Below, one piece after another: positions 63,674 to 64,000 of a stretch of DNA of 64,000 bases. How positions within the stretch are numbered: position 1 is the stretch's first letter; the number at the start of each line of letters is the position of its first letter. This DNA comes from Savitreella phatthalungensis (Eukaryota): the NCBI GenBank assembly GCA_051599415.1, contig AP039702.1, positions 310,001-374,000 of the forward strand, read 5' to 3'. A model generated the notes under the pieces. It made no database searches. It had not been told where the DNA came from and saw only the letters and a list, made by a program, of their open reading frames with translations. A program made the translations under genes and the position numbers.

Positions 63674-64000
63674 GATGATGTAGTCGACCAGATCAAATGT
63701 CTTGTCGATCCACCAACAATCTTTATTTGTACTGTACTTTATGTTGCTCGCAGTCACTCACTGCTATGCTGTAGGTGAATGCCGTCACTGTAGACTCTCT
63801 TTTCGTCGTCCGCTGGAAGGACAGCACGAAGGCTAGAAGCACGGCTGAGAGTGATACGCTGATGAGAAGACCTAGATGATTCTAGAGTCCATGTAAAGGT
63901 GCATCGATATAGAGTTCGCAGGCAAGTACTAGGCAAGGGGATAATTGAGAGTGTGGATCCCATTGGCACGCATGAATAAGGATCTCCTTTGAGATAATTA

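Noticed and set aside
1..64000. Transposons, CRISPR arrays, prokaryotic defence systems, TGA-CTA readthrough peroxisomal signals
   Set aside because: No transposase/RT motifs, terminal repeats or repeat-spacer arrays seen. The stop contexts I checked did not give readthrough PTS1 extensions.

Overview
Gene-dense, intron-poor eukaryotic (fungal) genomic window, about 31 protein-coding genes in 64 kb. The gene set and protein style (Rad26/ATRIP-like, Ppc89, Nro1/Ett1, Atg101, SARAF, Sak1-type RFX) point to an early-diverging ascomycete, probably Taphrinomycotina; this is inference, not a database result. Most genes are conserved housekeeping genes: RFX TF (5'-truncated), Rad26, Coq10, a SET protein, an FCP1/NIF HAD phosphatase, Rrp9, PPT1, SARAF, a carboxylesterase, eEF1B-gamma, an M18 aminopeptidase, Atg101, Nic96, a rhodanese-PTP phosphatase, Pex3, Nam9, CAP/Srv2, Sis1, Get4, Cul1, Rrn5, an ABM-domain protein, Rps6, PRPP synthetase, Ett1, Lunapark, Exo70, Ppc89, Sec15 and Kre6/Skn1. 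There is also an intron-containing tRNA-Leu(CAG) and an snR38-like C/D snoRNA in the eEF1B-gamma intron. I saw no mobile elements or CRISPR arrays. The most notable observations are: (1) a protein resembling basidiomycete Clp1 (clampless1, a dikaryon/clamp regulator) in an apparent ascomycete; (2) a 114-codon AUG-free in-frame extension of the MAPK tyrosine phosphatase with a strong-context CUG, and a similar near-cognate extension resembling a mitochondrial presequence on the NIF phosphatase; (3) a Lunapark with no cysteines whose zinc finger appears replaced by a coiled coil; (4) the intronic snoRNA enclosed by nested long stems. All identifications come from motif recognition by eye.
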